Positions 41,499 to 51,615 of a DNA stretch of 64,000 bases are shown piece by piece (positions within the stretch are counted from its first letter, which is position 1; each line of letters begins with the position of its first letter). This DNA comes from an uncultured Spirochaetota bacterium (GTDB lineage: Bacteria > Spirochaetota > Brevinematia > Brevinematales > JAOACQ01). The stretch is from NCBI GenBank assembly GCA_963835575.1, contig CAWIGG010000002.1, positions 256,001 to 320,000 on the forward strand, in the 5' to 3' direction. The notes beneath the pieces are model-generated. The model did no database searches and was not told the DNA's origin. It saw only the letters and a list, made by a program, of their open reading frames with translations. The position numbers and the translations under genes were made by a program.

Positions 41499-42410
41499 TT
41501 ATTTAACTAATTTAATGAATATATCTTCCAGGGAACTGTCCTTCTGGATCAATTCCAGTAAACCGCAGTTGTTTTCCACAATCATCTTTGCGATTTTCTC
41601 GCGCATATCCTGCCCGGTATTTATAAGCACTTCTTCACCCACGGCAGTAACGGAAATGACCCCTTTTTCCTTTTTTAAAAGGGGGATAAGCCCGGCTTGA
41701 TTTTTACGCACTTTTACCGATAGCATCATTCCCATTTTTTCTTTTTGTTTGAGATGTTCAATAGTATCGACAGCCATTATACTGCCGTTGTGAATAATGA
41801 TCGCTTTTTCACAGATTTCCTGCGCTTCCGCCAGTAGATGGGTGGAAAGGATGACAGTCCTGTCCTCTTCCTTGGCAAGACGTTTTATGAGATTGCGGAT
41901 TTCAACAACCTGGATTGGATCCAGGCCGACCGTCGGTTCATCAAGAATGATAACCTTGGGGGAATTAACAATACTCTGCGCTATTCCCACTCTCTGTTTC
42001 AAGCCCTTGGAAAGTAGGCTGATCATTGTATTTTTTCTATCTGTCAGGTCGGTCTGAATGATGACTTTTTCAACGCTTTTCATAATATCGGTTTTATTAA
42101 CGCCTTTCAATTCCGCGACAAAAGAGAGGTATTCTTTTACCGTCAATTCGGGATAAAGAGGCGGATTTTCAGGGAGATAGCCGGTCATGGTTTTAACTTT
42201 TTTTGATTCCTCAAAAACATCCAGGCCGTCGATATGCACTTCCCCGCTGGTCGGGGACAAAAAGCCGGTGATAATGCGCATGGTCGTTGTTTTACCGGCG
42301 CCGTTAGGGCCTAAAAAAGCGGCGATATCGCCTTTTTTAACATCAAAGCTGACATTGTTCAGCGCCAGAAAACTGCCGTATTTTTTGGAAAGGTTTTTGA
42401 CTTGAATCAT
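41499..42410 (-). CDS. ABC transporter ATP-binding protein (GldA-like)
   Basis: GPNGAGKTT, LSKGLKQRVG, ILDEPT. Confidence 0.92.
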   Translation of the reverse strand: MIQVKNLSKKYGSFLALNNVSFDVKKGDIAAFLGPNGAGKTTTMRIITGFLSPTSGEVHIDGLDVFEESKKVKTMTGYLPENPPLYPELTVKEYLSFVAELKGVNKTDIMKSVEKVIIQTDLTDRKNTMISLLSKGLKQRVGIAQSIVNSPKVIILDEPTVGLDPIQVVEIRNLIKRLAKEEDRTVILSTHLLAEAQEICEKAIIIHNGSIMAVDTIEHLKQKEKMGMMLSVKVRKNQAGLIPLLKKEKGVISVTAVGEEVLINTGQDMREKIAKMIVENNCGLLELIQKDSSLEDIFIKLVK

Positions 42411-42525
42411 TGTCTTCTCCTGGGGCCGCTTATTTGAAACCGCCATCAATCAGAATAACATGTATTTTACTTTATTCCTTCATTTTTTAAAAGAAAACGA
42501 CAGGATGAATAATAAGAAACTGAAT

Positions 42526-42990
42526 TTAGGGGGTATTGGCGAAGACAATATTGGTGTAATTACTCGGGTCTCCGTAGGTATTATACTGCTCGCTGTATGC
42601 TTTGACCATAAACCAGTACGTCGTTTCAGGTATTAAATTCTGGTTGTTTGTATATTTGGAAACAAAATAAGTGAAACTCTGGACCGATGACATTGGGGGC
42701 ACATTAAAGATGGTGGGTTTATTTGTAGTGCCGTCGGAGTTTGGAACTATAAAACCCGCGTTGGGAAAATCGGCTAATAAGATATCCATATAGATATAAT
42801 AACCGGTAAAATAATCTTCATTATTCAACGCGTAGAATTGAAGAAAAATGCTGTTATTGGAATTAACGGCTGTCAGCCCCATCGGAGCGGCCAGATTTAT
42901 GATAGGCTGATATGTCTCAATGCCGCAGGAAAGGAGAAGAACTGTAAAAACAAACGGAATGGATAATAGTTTAAGTATTATATTTCTCAA
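42526..42990 (-). CDS. Lipoprotein, FN3-like (paralogue of neighbour)
   Basis: Lipobox LLSC; LQFY..N.E.YF.GY.IY; Y.F.V.AYS.QYN..PSN.TNIV. Confidence 0.7.
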   Translation of the reverse strand: MRNIILKLLSIPFVFTVLLLSCGIETYQPIINLAAPMGLTAVNSNNSIFLQFYALNNEDYFTGYYIYMDILLADFPNAGFIVPNSDGTTNKPTIFNVPPMSSVQSFTYFVSKYTNNQNLIPETTYWFMVKAYSEQYNTYGDPSNYTNIVFANTP

Positions 42991-43007
42991 ATTTTATCCC
43001 CTGCTTG

Positions 43008-43463
43008 TCATAAATTTGTATCATAAACAATATTTGTTATATTGCTCGGCAAGCTGTACACATTATATTGGGCGCTGTAAGCCGCGACATAAAAGTAGTA
43101 ATTTGCCCCCTGTCCGAGTATAACAGGATCAACAATATTGGATTGGATCCAGTAGGTAAAAAGATTAACGGCGGTCATAGTGACGAGCGGCATAGTTATT
43201 GTAGTGGAATCGCCGGGGGCATTTTTGACATTAGTCCAGCCAGAATTTGCATTTGTTGATATGTATATCACATAACCGGAAAAATAATTTTCTTTATTGT
43301 CGCCGTAAAATTGAAGGAGAATCATCTGATTGGAATTATAAGCTATAAGAGGGTATGGAGCGACTAATTTAATAGGCGGTTCAAATTGCTCAACGCTGCA
43401 TGCATTATAAATCAATAAGAGAATAAAAAAAGAAAAAAGAAATAAGAAGATTTTCTTTTTCAT
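43008..43463 (-). CDS. Lipoprotein, FN3-like (paralogue of neighbour)
   Basis: Lipobox-like YNAC; same motifs as 42526-42990. Confidence 0.7.
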   Translation of the reverse strand: MKKKIFLFLFSFFILLLIYNACSVEQFEPPIKLVAPYPLIAYNSNQMILLQFYGDNKENYFSGYVIYISTNANSGWTNVKNAPGDSTTITMPLVTMTAVNLFTYWIQSNIVDPVILGQGANYYFYVAAYSAQYNVYSLPSNITNIVYDTNL

Positions 43464-43478
43464 TTGGACCTTCTTCTT

Positions 43479-45557
43479 CTACTTCGCTTCTGCAATAGAA
43501 ATCCTCTTCTTCTCATCTATGTCTATGACTCTTGTTTTGACAACATCGCCTAACTTATAAGCTTCTCTCGGATTTTTCCGTTCCAGGAAGTTGGATTTAT
43601 GGATAAGCCCGGTCTGTCCGGGTACCAGTTCAACAAAAATCCCGTAGTCTTCAATACGGGTTACATGCCCTTCCACAACTTCGCCTTTCGCGAAACCGTT
43701 GACAATATGCTCGACAATATAAACAGCCCTGCTGATCCTGCTTTCATCCTTGGAAGAGATCATTACCTTGCCGTTATCCTCGATGTTTATAGTAACTTCC
43801 GTTTCAGCCATAATCTTCTTAATGACCCGGCCGCCGCCTCCGATTACAGAACCTATCTCGTTTTCAGGTATTGTTATGGTTTTGATCTTGGGGGCATTTT
43901 CCGAGAGGACCGGACGCGGGCTTGAAATCGCTTCATTCATTTTGGAAAGAATAAATTCCTTCCCTTCCCAGGCCTGTCCAAGGGCCTTTTCCATTATTTC
44001 AAACGAAATGCCGATTGTTTTGACATCCATTTGAAATGCTGTAACCCCGGCGGAAGTGCCGGCGACTTTAAAATCCATATCCCCGTAATGGTCTTCGACG
44101 CCCTGGATATCTGAAAGGACCTGATATTTCCCGCTTTCCTTATCCCATACCAATCCCATGGCAATACCCGCTATGGCCTTTTTCAGCGGAACGCCGGTAG
44201 CCATCAGGGCAAGGCTTGAACTGCATACTGTCGCCATTGAAGAGGAGCCGTTGGATTCGAGAATTTCTGAAACAAGCCGTATAGTATACGGGAACTCGTC
44301 CTCATTCGGCAGCATAGTCTCGATCGCCCTTTTAGCCAGATTCCCATGACCGATTTCCCTGCGGGAGGTCATTAGGGATTTTTTTACTTCTCCGGTGCTG
44401 AACGGCGGAAAATTGTAATGCAGCATAAAGCGCTTGGCTTCATCATCTTCCAGTCCGTCAACATACTGCACATCGCTTGAAGAACCCAGCGTGACTATGC
44501 CGAGGCTCTGTGTCTGGCCCCGCGTAAAAAGGGCAGAACCATGAACATTTTCCAGTATATCGAGATCAATTGTGATCGGCCGGATTTCTTCGGGTTTACG
44601 CCCGTCAGGCCTCAATCCTTTCTCAAGAATCTGGTTCCTGATTATAGCCACTTCGATTTCTTCAAGATACTTTCCGGCTTCTTTATAGCATTCGCTTTCT
44701 TTATTTATTTCGAATTTCTCCAGAACCGCTTCAAAGGCTTTATCAATGTTTTTAGACCTTTCTTTCTTATTTGGATTGACGCTCGCGTCTTTGATCAGAT
44801 TAAACCCGAACTCTTTCATTTTCTTTTTCGTATCTTCGTCGATAAGGCATTTGATTTCGTCCAGAGGGACTTTTTGAGGATTAACCTTTTTAACAAGCTC
44901 TTCAATCATCTCAATTTCTTCGTTGATATGCTTCTGGGCAATTTCAAGGGCCTGCAGAAGAATGGCTTTATCCACCTCTTTGGCCCCGCCTTCCACCATT
45001 GTTATGCCTTCCTTTGTGCCTGCCGCCACAATATCAAGTTCGGAAGCGTCTACATCAGCGATCGAAGGATTGACAATAAATTTACCTTCTTTATATATAA
45101 CACGTACGCCGCCGACAGGTCCCAGAAATGGTATGGGCGAAATTGCCAGCGCGGCCGAAGCGCCTATGATACCAAGCATGTCGGTCGAATACATCTGGTC
45201 CGCTGAAAGCGTTGTAGCGATAATCTGCACTTCATTAAAGAAATTTTTGGGGAAAAGCGGCCTGATCGGGCGGTCGATCAAACGGGAAACCAGGACCTCT
45301 TTTTCGCTTGGTCTTCCTTCCCGCTTAATATATCCGCCGGGAATTTTCCCGGCCGCGTAATATTTTTCGACATAATTAACAGTGAGCGGAAAAAAATCAA
45401 TGCCTTCCGGGCATTCTTTCGACATACAGGCTGAAACAAGCACGGCATTGCCGCCGTATTTGACAACAACAGCCCCGTCGGCCAGTTTGGCCATTTTCCC
45501 GGTCTCAATTATAATTTCTTTATCTCCGATCTTCCTGCTCACATTAATAAAACTCAT
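43479..45557 (-). CDS. pnp: Polyribonucleotide nucleotidyltransferase
   Basis: DFFPLTV.Y, RLIDRPIRPLF, FTRGQTQ, RREIGHG, ESNGSSSMA, GDMDFKVAG; KH and S1 domains. Confidence 0.97.
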   Translation of the reverse strand: MSFINVSRKIGDKEIIIETGKMAKLADGAVVVKYGGNAVLVSACMSKECPEGIDFFPLTVNYVEKYYAAGKIPGGYIKREGRPSEKEVLVSRLIDRPIRPLFPKNFFNEVQIIATTLSADQMYSTDMLGIIGASAALAISPIPFLGPVGGVRVIYKEGKFIVNPSIADVDASELDIVAAGTKEGITMVEGGAKEVDKAILLQALEIAQKHINEEIEMIEELVKKVNPQKVPLDEIKCLIDEDTKKKMKEFGFNLIKDASVNPNKKERSKNIDKAFEAVLEKFEINKESECYKEAGKYLEEIEVAIIRNQILEKGLRPDGRKPEEIRPITIDLDILENVHGSALFTRGQTQSLGIVTLGSSSDVQYVDGLEDDEAKRFMLHYNFPPFSTGEVKKSLMTSRREIGHGNLAKRAIETMLPNEDEFPYTIRLVSEILESNGSSSMATVCSSSLALMATGVPLKKAIAGIAMGLVWDKESGKYQVLSDIQGVEDHYGDMDFKVAGTSAGVTAFQMDVKTIGISFEIMEKALGQAWEGKEFILSKMNEAISSPRPVLSENAPKIKTITIPENEIGSVIGGGGRVIKKIMAETEVTINIEDNGKVMISSKDESRISRAVYIVEHIVNGFAKGEVVEGHVTRIEDYGIFVELVPGQTGLIHKSNFLERKNPREAYKLGDVVKTRVIDIDEKKRISIAEAK

Positions 45558-45607
45558 ACTATCTCCTTTCCTTCTTTTACTTATTGGTTAAATAGCGATG
45601 AGGGAAA

Positions 45608-45874
45608 CTATTTTAACTTTAGTTTTGTTAAAACTGTGTGGTAGATTTCCGGATTGGTCGCCTGGAGATAGCGCATAAGCCTTTTTCTCCTTCCAATCAG
45701 ACGGAGCAAACCTCTTTTGGAATTATTGTCTTTCTTAAACTGCTTAAAATGCTCGGTTAAGTTGTTGATTTTCTGCGTGATCACAGCGATCTGGACTTCT
45801 GCTGATCCCGTATCTTTTTCATGTTTCGCGAACTTACCCATCATTGTCTTCTTTTCAGTACTGGTAATAGGCAT
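45608..45874 (-). CDS. rpsO: 30S ribosomal protein S15
   Basis: DTGSAEVQIA, KD..SKRGL; SD GGAGG; between ribF and pnp. Confidence 0.95.
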   Translation of the reverse strand: MPITSTEKKTMMGKFAKHEKDTGSAEVQIAVITQKINNLTEHFKQFKKDNNSKRGLLRLIGRRKRLMRYLQATNPEIYHTVLTKLKLK

Positions 45875-45907
45875 AACTTTTTCCTCCAAAAAGTATATTC
45901 TAAAATG

Positions 45908-45956
45908 AAGCCGGTTTCTCTGCCGCGCCTTCAGTGCGGAATGGAAATAATGGCTT
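45908..45956 (-). promoter_or_regulatory. Candidate rpsO leader RNA structure
   Basis: Minus strand AAGCC..TTTC..CCGC-loop-GCGG..GAAA..GGCTT just upstream of the SD. Confidence 0.4.
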
Positions 45957-45960
45957 TAAA

Positions 45961-46929
45961 TTACATAAATAAACCCGTATCCGGGAAATCAGGCTTTTTT
46001 TTATACTCCTGATATAACTCTAAAACCTGCCGTCTATCATTATAAAGGTTTTTTTCTAATTCTTCAAGATTATTGAATTTTTTTTCATTCCGGATCTTTT
46101 TTATAAAAAGCACCGTTTGTTTTTCGCCTGTCTTGATTTCGCCGTAATCCCCGTCAAAATCGAGTATATTGGTTTCATTCCGCATTTCATGATGCGTCAT
46201 TGTCGGGCGGTTTCCTATGTATGACATGGAAGGATATAATTTCTTTTTAAAATAAAAAAGAGAGAAATATACGCCGATCTGCGGAAGGACCTGCTGGTTG
46301 ATTTCAATATTGATTGTAGGAAAACCGATTTTTTTCCCTGCGCCGTCGCCGGCGATTTTATTTGAGACAATAAAATACGGTCTGCCCAGCATAGCTTGGG
46401 CCGCTTCCAGATCGCCGTGCTTGATTTTCTCCCTGATTGAGCTTGAGCTGATGGTCGAAAAATGGTATTTCATTTTCTCCATGACATTCAGGATAAAGGT
46501 TTTGTCTGAAGCATGTCTCTGAAGAGTGTGGATATTGCCGGAGTTTCCTTTGCCGAATTTAAAATCATAGCCGACATAAAAATGGACTTTTTTTATTTTA
46601 TTCTTCAGAACTCTTATGAAATCAATCGAATCCAGGTCTGCTATCTCCTCAAAACGGAGGGATATGATATTCTGAATTCCCATTAAAGACAGCGCTTTTT
46701 GTTTATAATCTTCAGGGAACAGGTAGCCTTTAAATTCATGGGGATTTATATAAAGGGATGTGGCTTCTTCAAAGGTCATGGCAATTGTGGGTTTTTTACC
46801 GGCGTCGCTCTGCATGGCGGTAATAATTCTCTGATGGCCCCGGTGGAGGCCGTCAAAGTTGCCGACAGTAACATAAGCCTCTTCAAAGACGGGAATAGAA
46901 TCCAGATTATGATAAAAATGTATGCTCAT
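45961..46929 (-). CDS. ribF: Riboflavin kinase / FAD synthetase
   Basis: GNFDGLHRGH, VGYDFKFG, ISSSSIR, IGFPTIN, G.RPT. Confidence 0.93.
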   Translation of the reverse strand: MSIHFYHNLDSIPVFEEAYVTVGNFDGLHRGHQRIITAMQSDAGKKPTIAMTFEEATSLYINPHEFKGYLFPEDYKQKALSLMGIQNIISLRFEEIADLDSIDFIRVLKNKIKKVHFYVGYDFKFGKGNSGNIHTLQRHASDKTFILNVMEKMKYHFSTISSSSIREKIKHGDLEAAQAMLGRPYFIVSNKIAGDGAGKKIGFPTINIEINQQVLPQIGVYFSLFYFKKKLYPSMSYIGNRPTMTHHEMRNETNILDFDGDYGEIKTGEKQTVLFIKKIRNEKKFNNLEELEKNLYNDRRQVLELYQEYKKKPDFPDTGLFM

Positions 46930-48485
46930 CGCTTTAAATCCATTCTAAATATTCTTGTTAAAATATAATAAAAAGTGCCGAAGAGAGCAAACTCAAGCGC
47001 GGCAATGCAAAGTGCCGGAAGCGCGTTCTGAACGCCCAGATAGATAAACCGGTGCAGAGGGTAAACCGCCCCGCAGGCAATGAGCGAGAGAACAATCAAG
47101 ACGGCTGTTTTTGTAAAAAGGCCCGAATTTTTTATATTGATCTTGCCCGATTTTTTCAGTTTAAAGACATAGTACAGCAGCATCATCCAGCTGGCGATCA
47201 TATCCGCCGCGAATACTCCGTAAAACGCGATCCCGGGCAGGAAAGAGCTGAAATAGAGGCCGAAGCTCATGACGAAGATGATAATATTGGCCCTGAGAGG
47301 CGTTCCGGCGTCATGCAGAGAATAAAAAATCTTATCGAGAATGAGGGCGCATCCCATCGGCAGAAGAGCCAGCGCGTATATCCTGACGGCAGTATAAGTC
47401 TGGCGGAGGAATTCGTCGGTGAACTTTCCGGTATTTCCGGTTAAAAGCTTCGTGATATCGCGGAATACGGTATTAGCGACGGTATCGGGAAAAACGATAA
47501 AGAAAAAAGCGAATGGTATCATCAGGTACAGTATCATATAGAAGCCTTCAATGATCGAACGGTTGAACTTTTCCATGTCGCCTTCCGCATGGAACCTTGA
47601 AAGAAGCGGCATCATAACGCTTCCGATTGCCGTGCCGACAATGCCGAGAGGGGCCTGGATGATCAGAAAAGCGTTCATATAAATCATGGCGCTTCCGAGG
47701 TAAAGAGAAAGAAAAATCGAATTCGCGTAATATTTAACCGTTACGACGATCATATTGACCGCCGTCGGGAAGTAAAGCTTGAAAAATTCCTTCAGATTTT
47801 TGTCTTTGAAGTCAAGGACGAAACTGTACTTAAATCCGATCTGTCTGAGTTCGAAAAGCTGTGTCAGGACCATAAAGACTGCTCCGGCGATGACAGCTAT
47901 GCCCAGGGAATAAATCCCAAGGTTCTTATAGAATAAAAGCGGTATGACCATAAAGGCCAGGTTTGATACGACCGGGGCAAACGCGGATGCCGTGAATTTC
48001 TTATGTGAATTGAGAATGCCCATGATCATCGCGTAAAAGGATATGAAAATGAGATAGGGCATCATGATCATTGTCAGGAAGATGTTCTGCGTCAATTGAG
48101 GACTGCCTTTCTTGTAGCCGGGGACAAGAAGCGGCGCGTACAGGGGAGCTAAAAGCATTCCCAGAACGACTATGGCCAGATTGATGAGAAAAAAGATGTT
48201 CATGACATTGCTGGCGAACCGGAAAGCCTCCTTTTTCCCTGAGGCGTCGCCGCCGGCATGAAGCTTTTTCTGAAAAGAGGGAATGAATGCGGATGTCAGG
48301 GCCCCGCCGTCGCCGACATAGCGCCAGAATGAGTTGACAAAACGGAATGCCATTAAAAACGGGTCCTGCCCGGCCCCGAAAAGAAAATTGGAAACATTCT
48401 GTTTCAGGACGCCTGTTAAGCGGGAAAAGAAAGCTCCAAGGGAATTGATCATTGTATGCCGGTAGGAAACAAGCCTTTTTGCCAT
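46926..48485 (-). CDS. murJ: Lipid II flippase MurJ (MviN)
   Basis: SRLTG, G.LTSAFIP.F, Q.PLGI.G.AI..V..P.LS, FYS..D..TP. Confidence 0.85.
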   Translation of the reverse strand: MAKRLVSYRHTMINSLGAFFSRLTGVLKQNVSNFLFGAGQDPFLMAFRFVNSFWRYVGDGGALTSAFIPSFQKKLHAGGDASGKKEAFRFASNVMNIFFLINLAIVVLGMLLAPLYAPLLVPGYKKGSPQLTQNIFLTMIMMPYLIFISFYAMIMGILNSHKKFTASAFAPVVSNLAFMVIPLLFYKNLGIYSLGIAVIAGAVFMVLTQLFELRQIGFKYSFVLDFKDKNLKEFFKLYFPTAVNMIVVTVKYYANSIFLSLYLGSAMIYMNAFLIIQAPLGIVGTAIGSVMMPLLSRFHAEGDMEKFNRSIIEGFYMILYLMIPFAFFFIVFPDTVANTVFRDITKLLTGNTGKFTDEFLRQTYTAVRIYALALLPMGCALILDKIFYSLHDAGTPLRANIIIFVMSFGLYFSSFLPGIAFYGVFAADMIASWMMLLYYVFKLKKSGKINIKNSGLFTKTAVLIVLSLIACGAVYPLHRFIYLGVQNALPALCIAALEFALFGTFYYILTRIFRMDLKR

Positions 48486-48490
48486 AAATA

Positions 48491-49369
48491 TTATTTAAGA
48501 AGCCCTTTGGTCTTGAGGGTGTTTTTCAATTTATCCTCGTTTTCCTTTTTCATCGGACAGAGGGGCAGCCTGAATTCGAGACATCCGATAAGTCCCATGA
48601 GGTAAGCCGCTGTTTTAACGGGAATGGGGTTTGTCTCAATAAACATGGCGCGGTGCAGGGCCATTAATCCGATATGGATATTTTTCGCTTTTTCCAGGTC
48701 TCCGCTTTCATAACTTCTAAAGAGATTGCTGAGGAGGATCGGGGCAATGTTTGCCGTAACGGAAATAGCGCCGACGCTTCCTATCGACAGAAGAGGCAGA
48801 TTGACAAAATCGTCTCCTGAAAGAAGGAGAAAGCCGGATTTGACATTTTCCATCACTTCGGCGGCCTGCTGAAGGCTTCCAGTGGCTTCCTTAATGCCGA
48901 TGATCTCTTTGATCTGCGAAAGCCTGCCGACGGTTTCCGGGAGCAAATTAACGCCGGTCCGGCCCGGTACATTATAAAGAATCATTGGTAATTCCACGGC
49001 ATCGGCAATCGCTTTGAAATGCTGATAAAGGCCTTCCTGTGTGGGCTTGTTGTAATAGGGCGTGATGGAAAGATGGGCATCGGCCCCGGCCTTTTTAGCG
49101 CCTTCGGCGAGCTCGACGGCCTCGCTTGTCGAGTTCGAGCCGGTACCCGCGATGACCCTGATACGGCCCTTCACTTTCTTCACAACAAAATTAATCACAT
49201 CCACATGTTCTTTATGGGTCAATGTCGCGGATTCGCCCGTTGTACCGCAGGGTACGATCCCGCTGGTCCCGTTTTTTATATGGTATTCGATCAGCTTTTC
49301 CAGGCTGTCATAATCAACTTCCCCGTTTTTAAACGGCGTAATTATAGCTACTATTGAGCCCTTGACCAT
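48491..49369 (-). CDS. dapA: 4-hydroxy-tetrahydrodipicolinate synthase
   Basis: GTTGES.TL, PYYNKP, LYNVPGRT, GIKEA, SGDD, ETNPIPVK. Confidence 0.97.
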   Translation of the reverse strand: MVKGSIVAIITPFKNGEVDYDSLEKLIEYHIKNGTSGIVPCGTTGESATLTHKEHVDVINFVVKKVKGRIRVIAGTGSNSTSEAVELAEGAKKAGADAHLSITPYYNKPTQEGLYQHFKAIADAVELPMILYNVPGRTGVNLLPETVGRLSQIKEIIGIKEATGSLQQAAEVMENVKSGFLLLSGDDFVNLPLLSIGSVGAISVTANIAPILLSNLFRSYESGDLEKAKNIHIGLMALHRAMFIETNPIPVKTAAYLMGLIGCLEFRLPLCPMKKENEDKLKNTLKTKGLLK

Positions 49370-49456
49370 ATGGTCCTCCGGTTTTTTATTGAGTATAAGA
49401 TAATAAAATTAGCTGAAGGATTAGTCAAATTATCAATAGAGACTGTTTAAAAGAAA

Positions 49457-49493
49457 AAGCGCTTCCAAAAAAAAGTATTTTCGGGAAGCGCTT
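49457..49493 (-). terminator. Probable terminator hairpin downstream of OMP gene
   Basis: AAGCGCTTCC...GGAAGCGCTT with T tract on minus strand. Confidence 0.6.
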
Positions 49494-49517
49494 ATATTTG
49501 TTTGAAGATAGAAAAAC

Positions 49518-50144
49518 CTAGAAAGTTAAGCCGACGCCAACTCTAAAATTAATCTGGGAAAATAGTATTATGTCGGCAAATGCATTGCTGTATCCGCCGA
49601 GTAGTCCGAAATCCCCGAATGGCAGATAAAAAGCAAGTCCGGCATCAATTGAGAATAATTCACTCAGCTTGAAATTTAAGCCTATACCGACTTTACCGAT
49701 AAAGGCCGGTGAAGGTGCTGAAAAATTAGTGAACGCTGAATTTATAGAAGTACTGGCGTTGATGAAAGCCATTCCCAGACCAAGATCGGTATAAAAGACA
49801 CTTGTATTAAAGACAACATCTGCTGTTAAAGGTATGAAATTGATTGAAAAGCTGTCTCCTCCGGCAGAAGCCGAGAATGCCGGCAGATAAGCCGCTTCTA
49901 TCCCGAATTGAATGCCTCTTCTGTTCCCGAACAAAAAATCACCGCCGAAAGAAAATCCTCCTGTACTGATATTTGTTACTGCTCCGAGCTTTAATGCTGA
50001 TGCAAGAACCCAGAAGTTATAACCGCCGTATAGTTTTACAGTTATAAACGAATTAGTTTCCGAAGATTCGGCTGAATCGGCAAACGAAGAAGAGAAAAAA
50101 GCAGTCAGCAGGAACAGGACCAAAATGATTGAAAGCTTTTTCAT
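49518..50144 (-). CDS. Outer-membrane beta-barrel protein
   Basis: Signal peptide, alternating beta-strand pattern, C-terminal Phe. Confidence 0.7.
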   Translation of the reverse strand: MKKLSIILVLFLLTAFFSSSFADSAESSETNSFITVKLYGGYNFWVLASALKLGAVTNISTGGFSFGGDFLFGNRRGIQFGIEAAYLPAFSASAGGDSFSINFIPLTADVVFNTSVFYTDLGLGMAFINASTSINSAFTNFSAPSPAFIGKVGIGLNFKLSELFSIDAGLAFYLPFGDFGLLGGYSNAFADIILFSQINFRVGVGLTF

Positions 50145-50334
50145 AATATAACCCTCCTTATAATATAAACAAGAAACATCTTTCGTCCCTTTTTAATATA
50201 CATTCATATTAATGGAATATCAATTTTTGTCAATTAACATGGTGTTTGAAACATTAACAAATATTCATAAAAGAAGGCTTTCTCATTAACAGGTAAATCC
50301 GGCCCCGGATGTTTTGTTATTTCTCAATAAAATA

Positions 50335-50958
50335 TTATAGGTAGAAGCAGATGCCCAGCCTTATATTTAACTGGCAAAATAGTATCATATTGAGGTATGC
50401 ACTGGTGCGGCCACCCAGCAAACCGAAATCCCCGAATGGCAGATAAAAGCTCAGTCCGGTATCAATACCAAAAAAATCGCTGAGCTTGAAATTCAAACCT
50501 AAGCCGATTTTAAAAAAAACAGACGGCTTGGGAGCGGTAAAATTTGTATATATAGAATTTACAGTAGTGCTGGCGTCGAGGAAAGCCATGCCGATGCCGA
50601 TATCGGTGTAAAAGATTCTCCTGTTAAAAACAATGTCGGCTGAAACCGGTATGAGGGTAATTGCTGAAGGGTTGCCTGAAATTAAGGCGCTGAATATCGG
50701 AAGATAAGTCCCTTCAATTCCAAATTGAAATGAGTACAGATCTCCAAATAATAAATCCCCGCCGAAAGATAAACCTGCCAAATTAATATCTTTTATTTCT
50801 TGGGATGTGAGGCCGTAAGGGCTGGAAGCAAAAAACCACATATTATAACCGCCGTATAGCTTGACAGTAAAGGCATACTCATCATTTGTTTCAGAAAATG
50901 AATAAGAAATAAGAGCCGTTAATAACCCCACAATTAGAAAAATCGATTTTCTTATCAT
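50335..50958 (-). CDS. Outer-membrane beta-barrel protein, tandem paralogue
   Basis: Shares TVKLYGGYN, SFGGD.LFG, FYTD.G.GMAF, FYLPFGDFGLLGG with neighbour. Confidence 0.7.
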   Translation of the reverse strand: MIRKSIFLIVGLLTALISYSFSETNDEYAFTVKLYGGYNMWFFASSPYGLTSQEIKDINLAGLSFGGDLLFGDLYSFQFGIEGTYLPIFSALISGNPSAITLIPVSADIVFNRRIFYTDIGIGMAFLDASTTVNSIYTNFTAPKPSVFFKIGLGLNFKLSDFFGIDTGLSFYLPFGDFGLLGGRTSAYLNMILFCQLNIRLGICFYL

Positions 50959-51132
50959 AAATTTAAAAAGCTCCTTAAAATAATATTTCTAAATATAATA
51001 CGATTGAGAAGGTTTGTTTTTGATAAAATAATTAAAAATTATTAACAATCATTGCTGTCCAAATAAGAATTAATAAAAAAAGGAATTAGTAATTTGTAAG
51101 CTTTAAAACTTTTCAAAAAGCTTTATGTATAG

Positions 51133-51283
51133 ACCCCAATTTCTCCCGGATTGACACGGAAGAAGCGGATTATCGCGGAGTAGAAAGAATTAATCGCTTT
51201 ATGATCAATACAATCCGCGTAAATCCGCAAAACCTGTGCTGAGCCAGCCGAAGCATTCCGTTTTATCCGCGTGCCATTGGGGT
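51133..51283. repeat. Periodic inverted-repeat element (CGGAT type) with inserted CCTGTGCTGAGCCAGCCGAAGC module
   Basis: ACCCCAAT..CCCGGATTGACACGGAAGAAGCGGATTATCGCGGA ... TCCGCGTAAATCCGC..TTCCGTTTTATCCGCGTGCCATTGGGGT. Confidence 0.7.
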
Positions 51284-51615
51284 AAGTTTATATAGCACAC
51301 TTAAAACTATATTTTAGTCTGAATTATTTAAGCATCGTAATTATTATTAAAAATTAATTCATGCTGTCCAAATTACGAATTCAAATCTCAATTTTTTAAT
51401 TAGCATATATTTTCATTATTATTAATGAATTATCAATATTTTTATTAATCTTATTTGGACAAAAGTGATTCTTCATCTAAATTTAAGTATATATTTGTAT
51501 CAATAAAACATCAATTTTTTCAATAACCAGGATGTTTGAACCTGGAGCGTTAAAAGTCTTGACAGAATATTCGGGATTGAATAAAATAATGTCTTAAAAC
51601 TCAGGGGGATAAGGT

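Noticed and set aside
51300..51615. Lysine riboswitch upstream of lysA (or dapA)
   Set aside because: The region is extremely AT-rich with no recognisable L-box structure.
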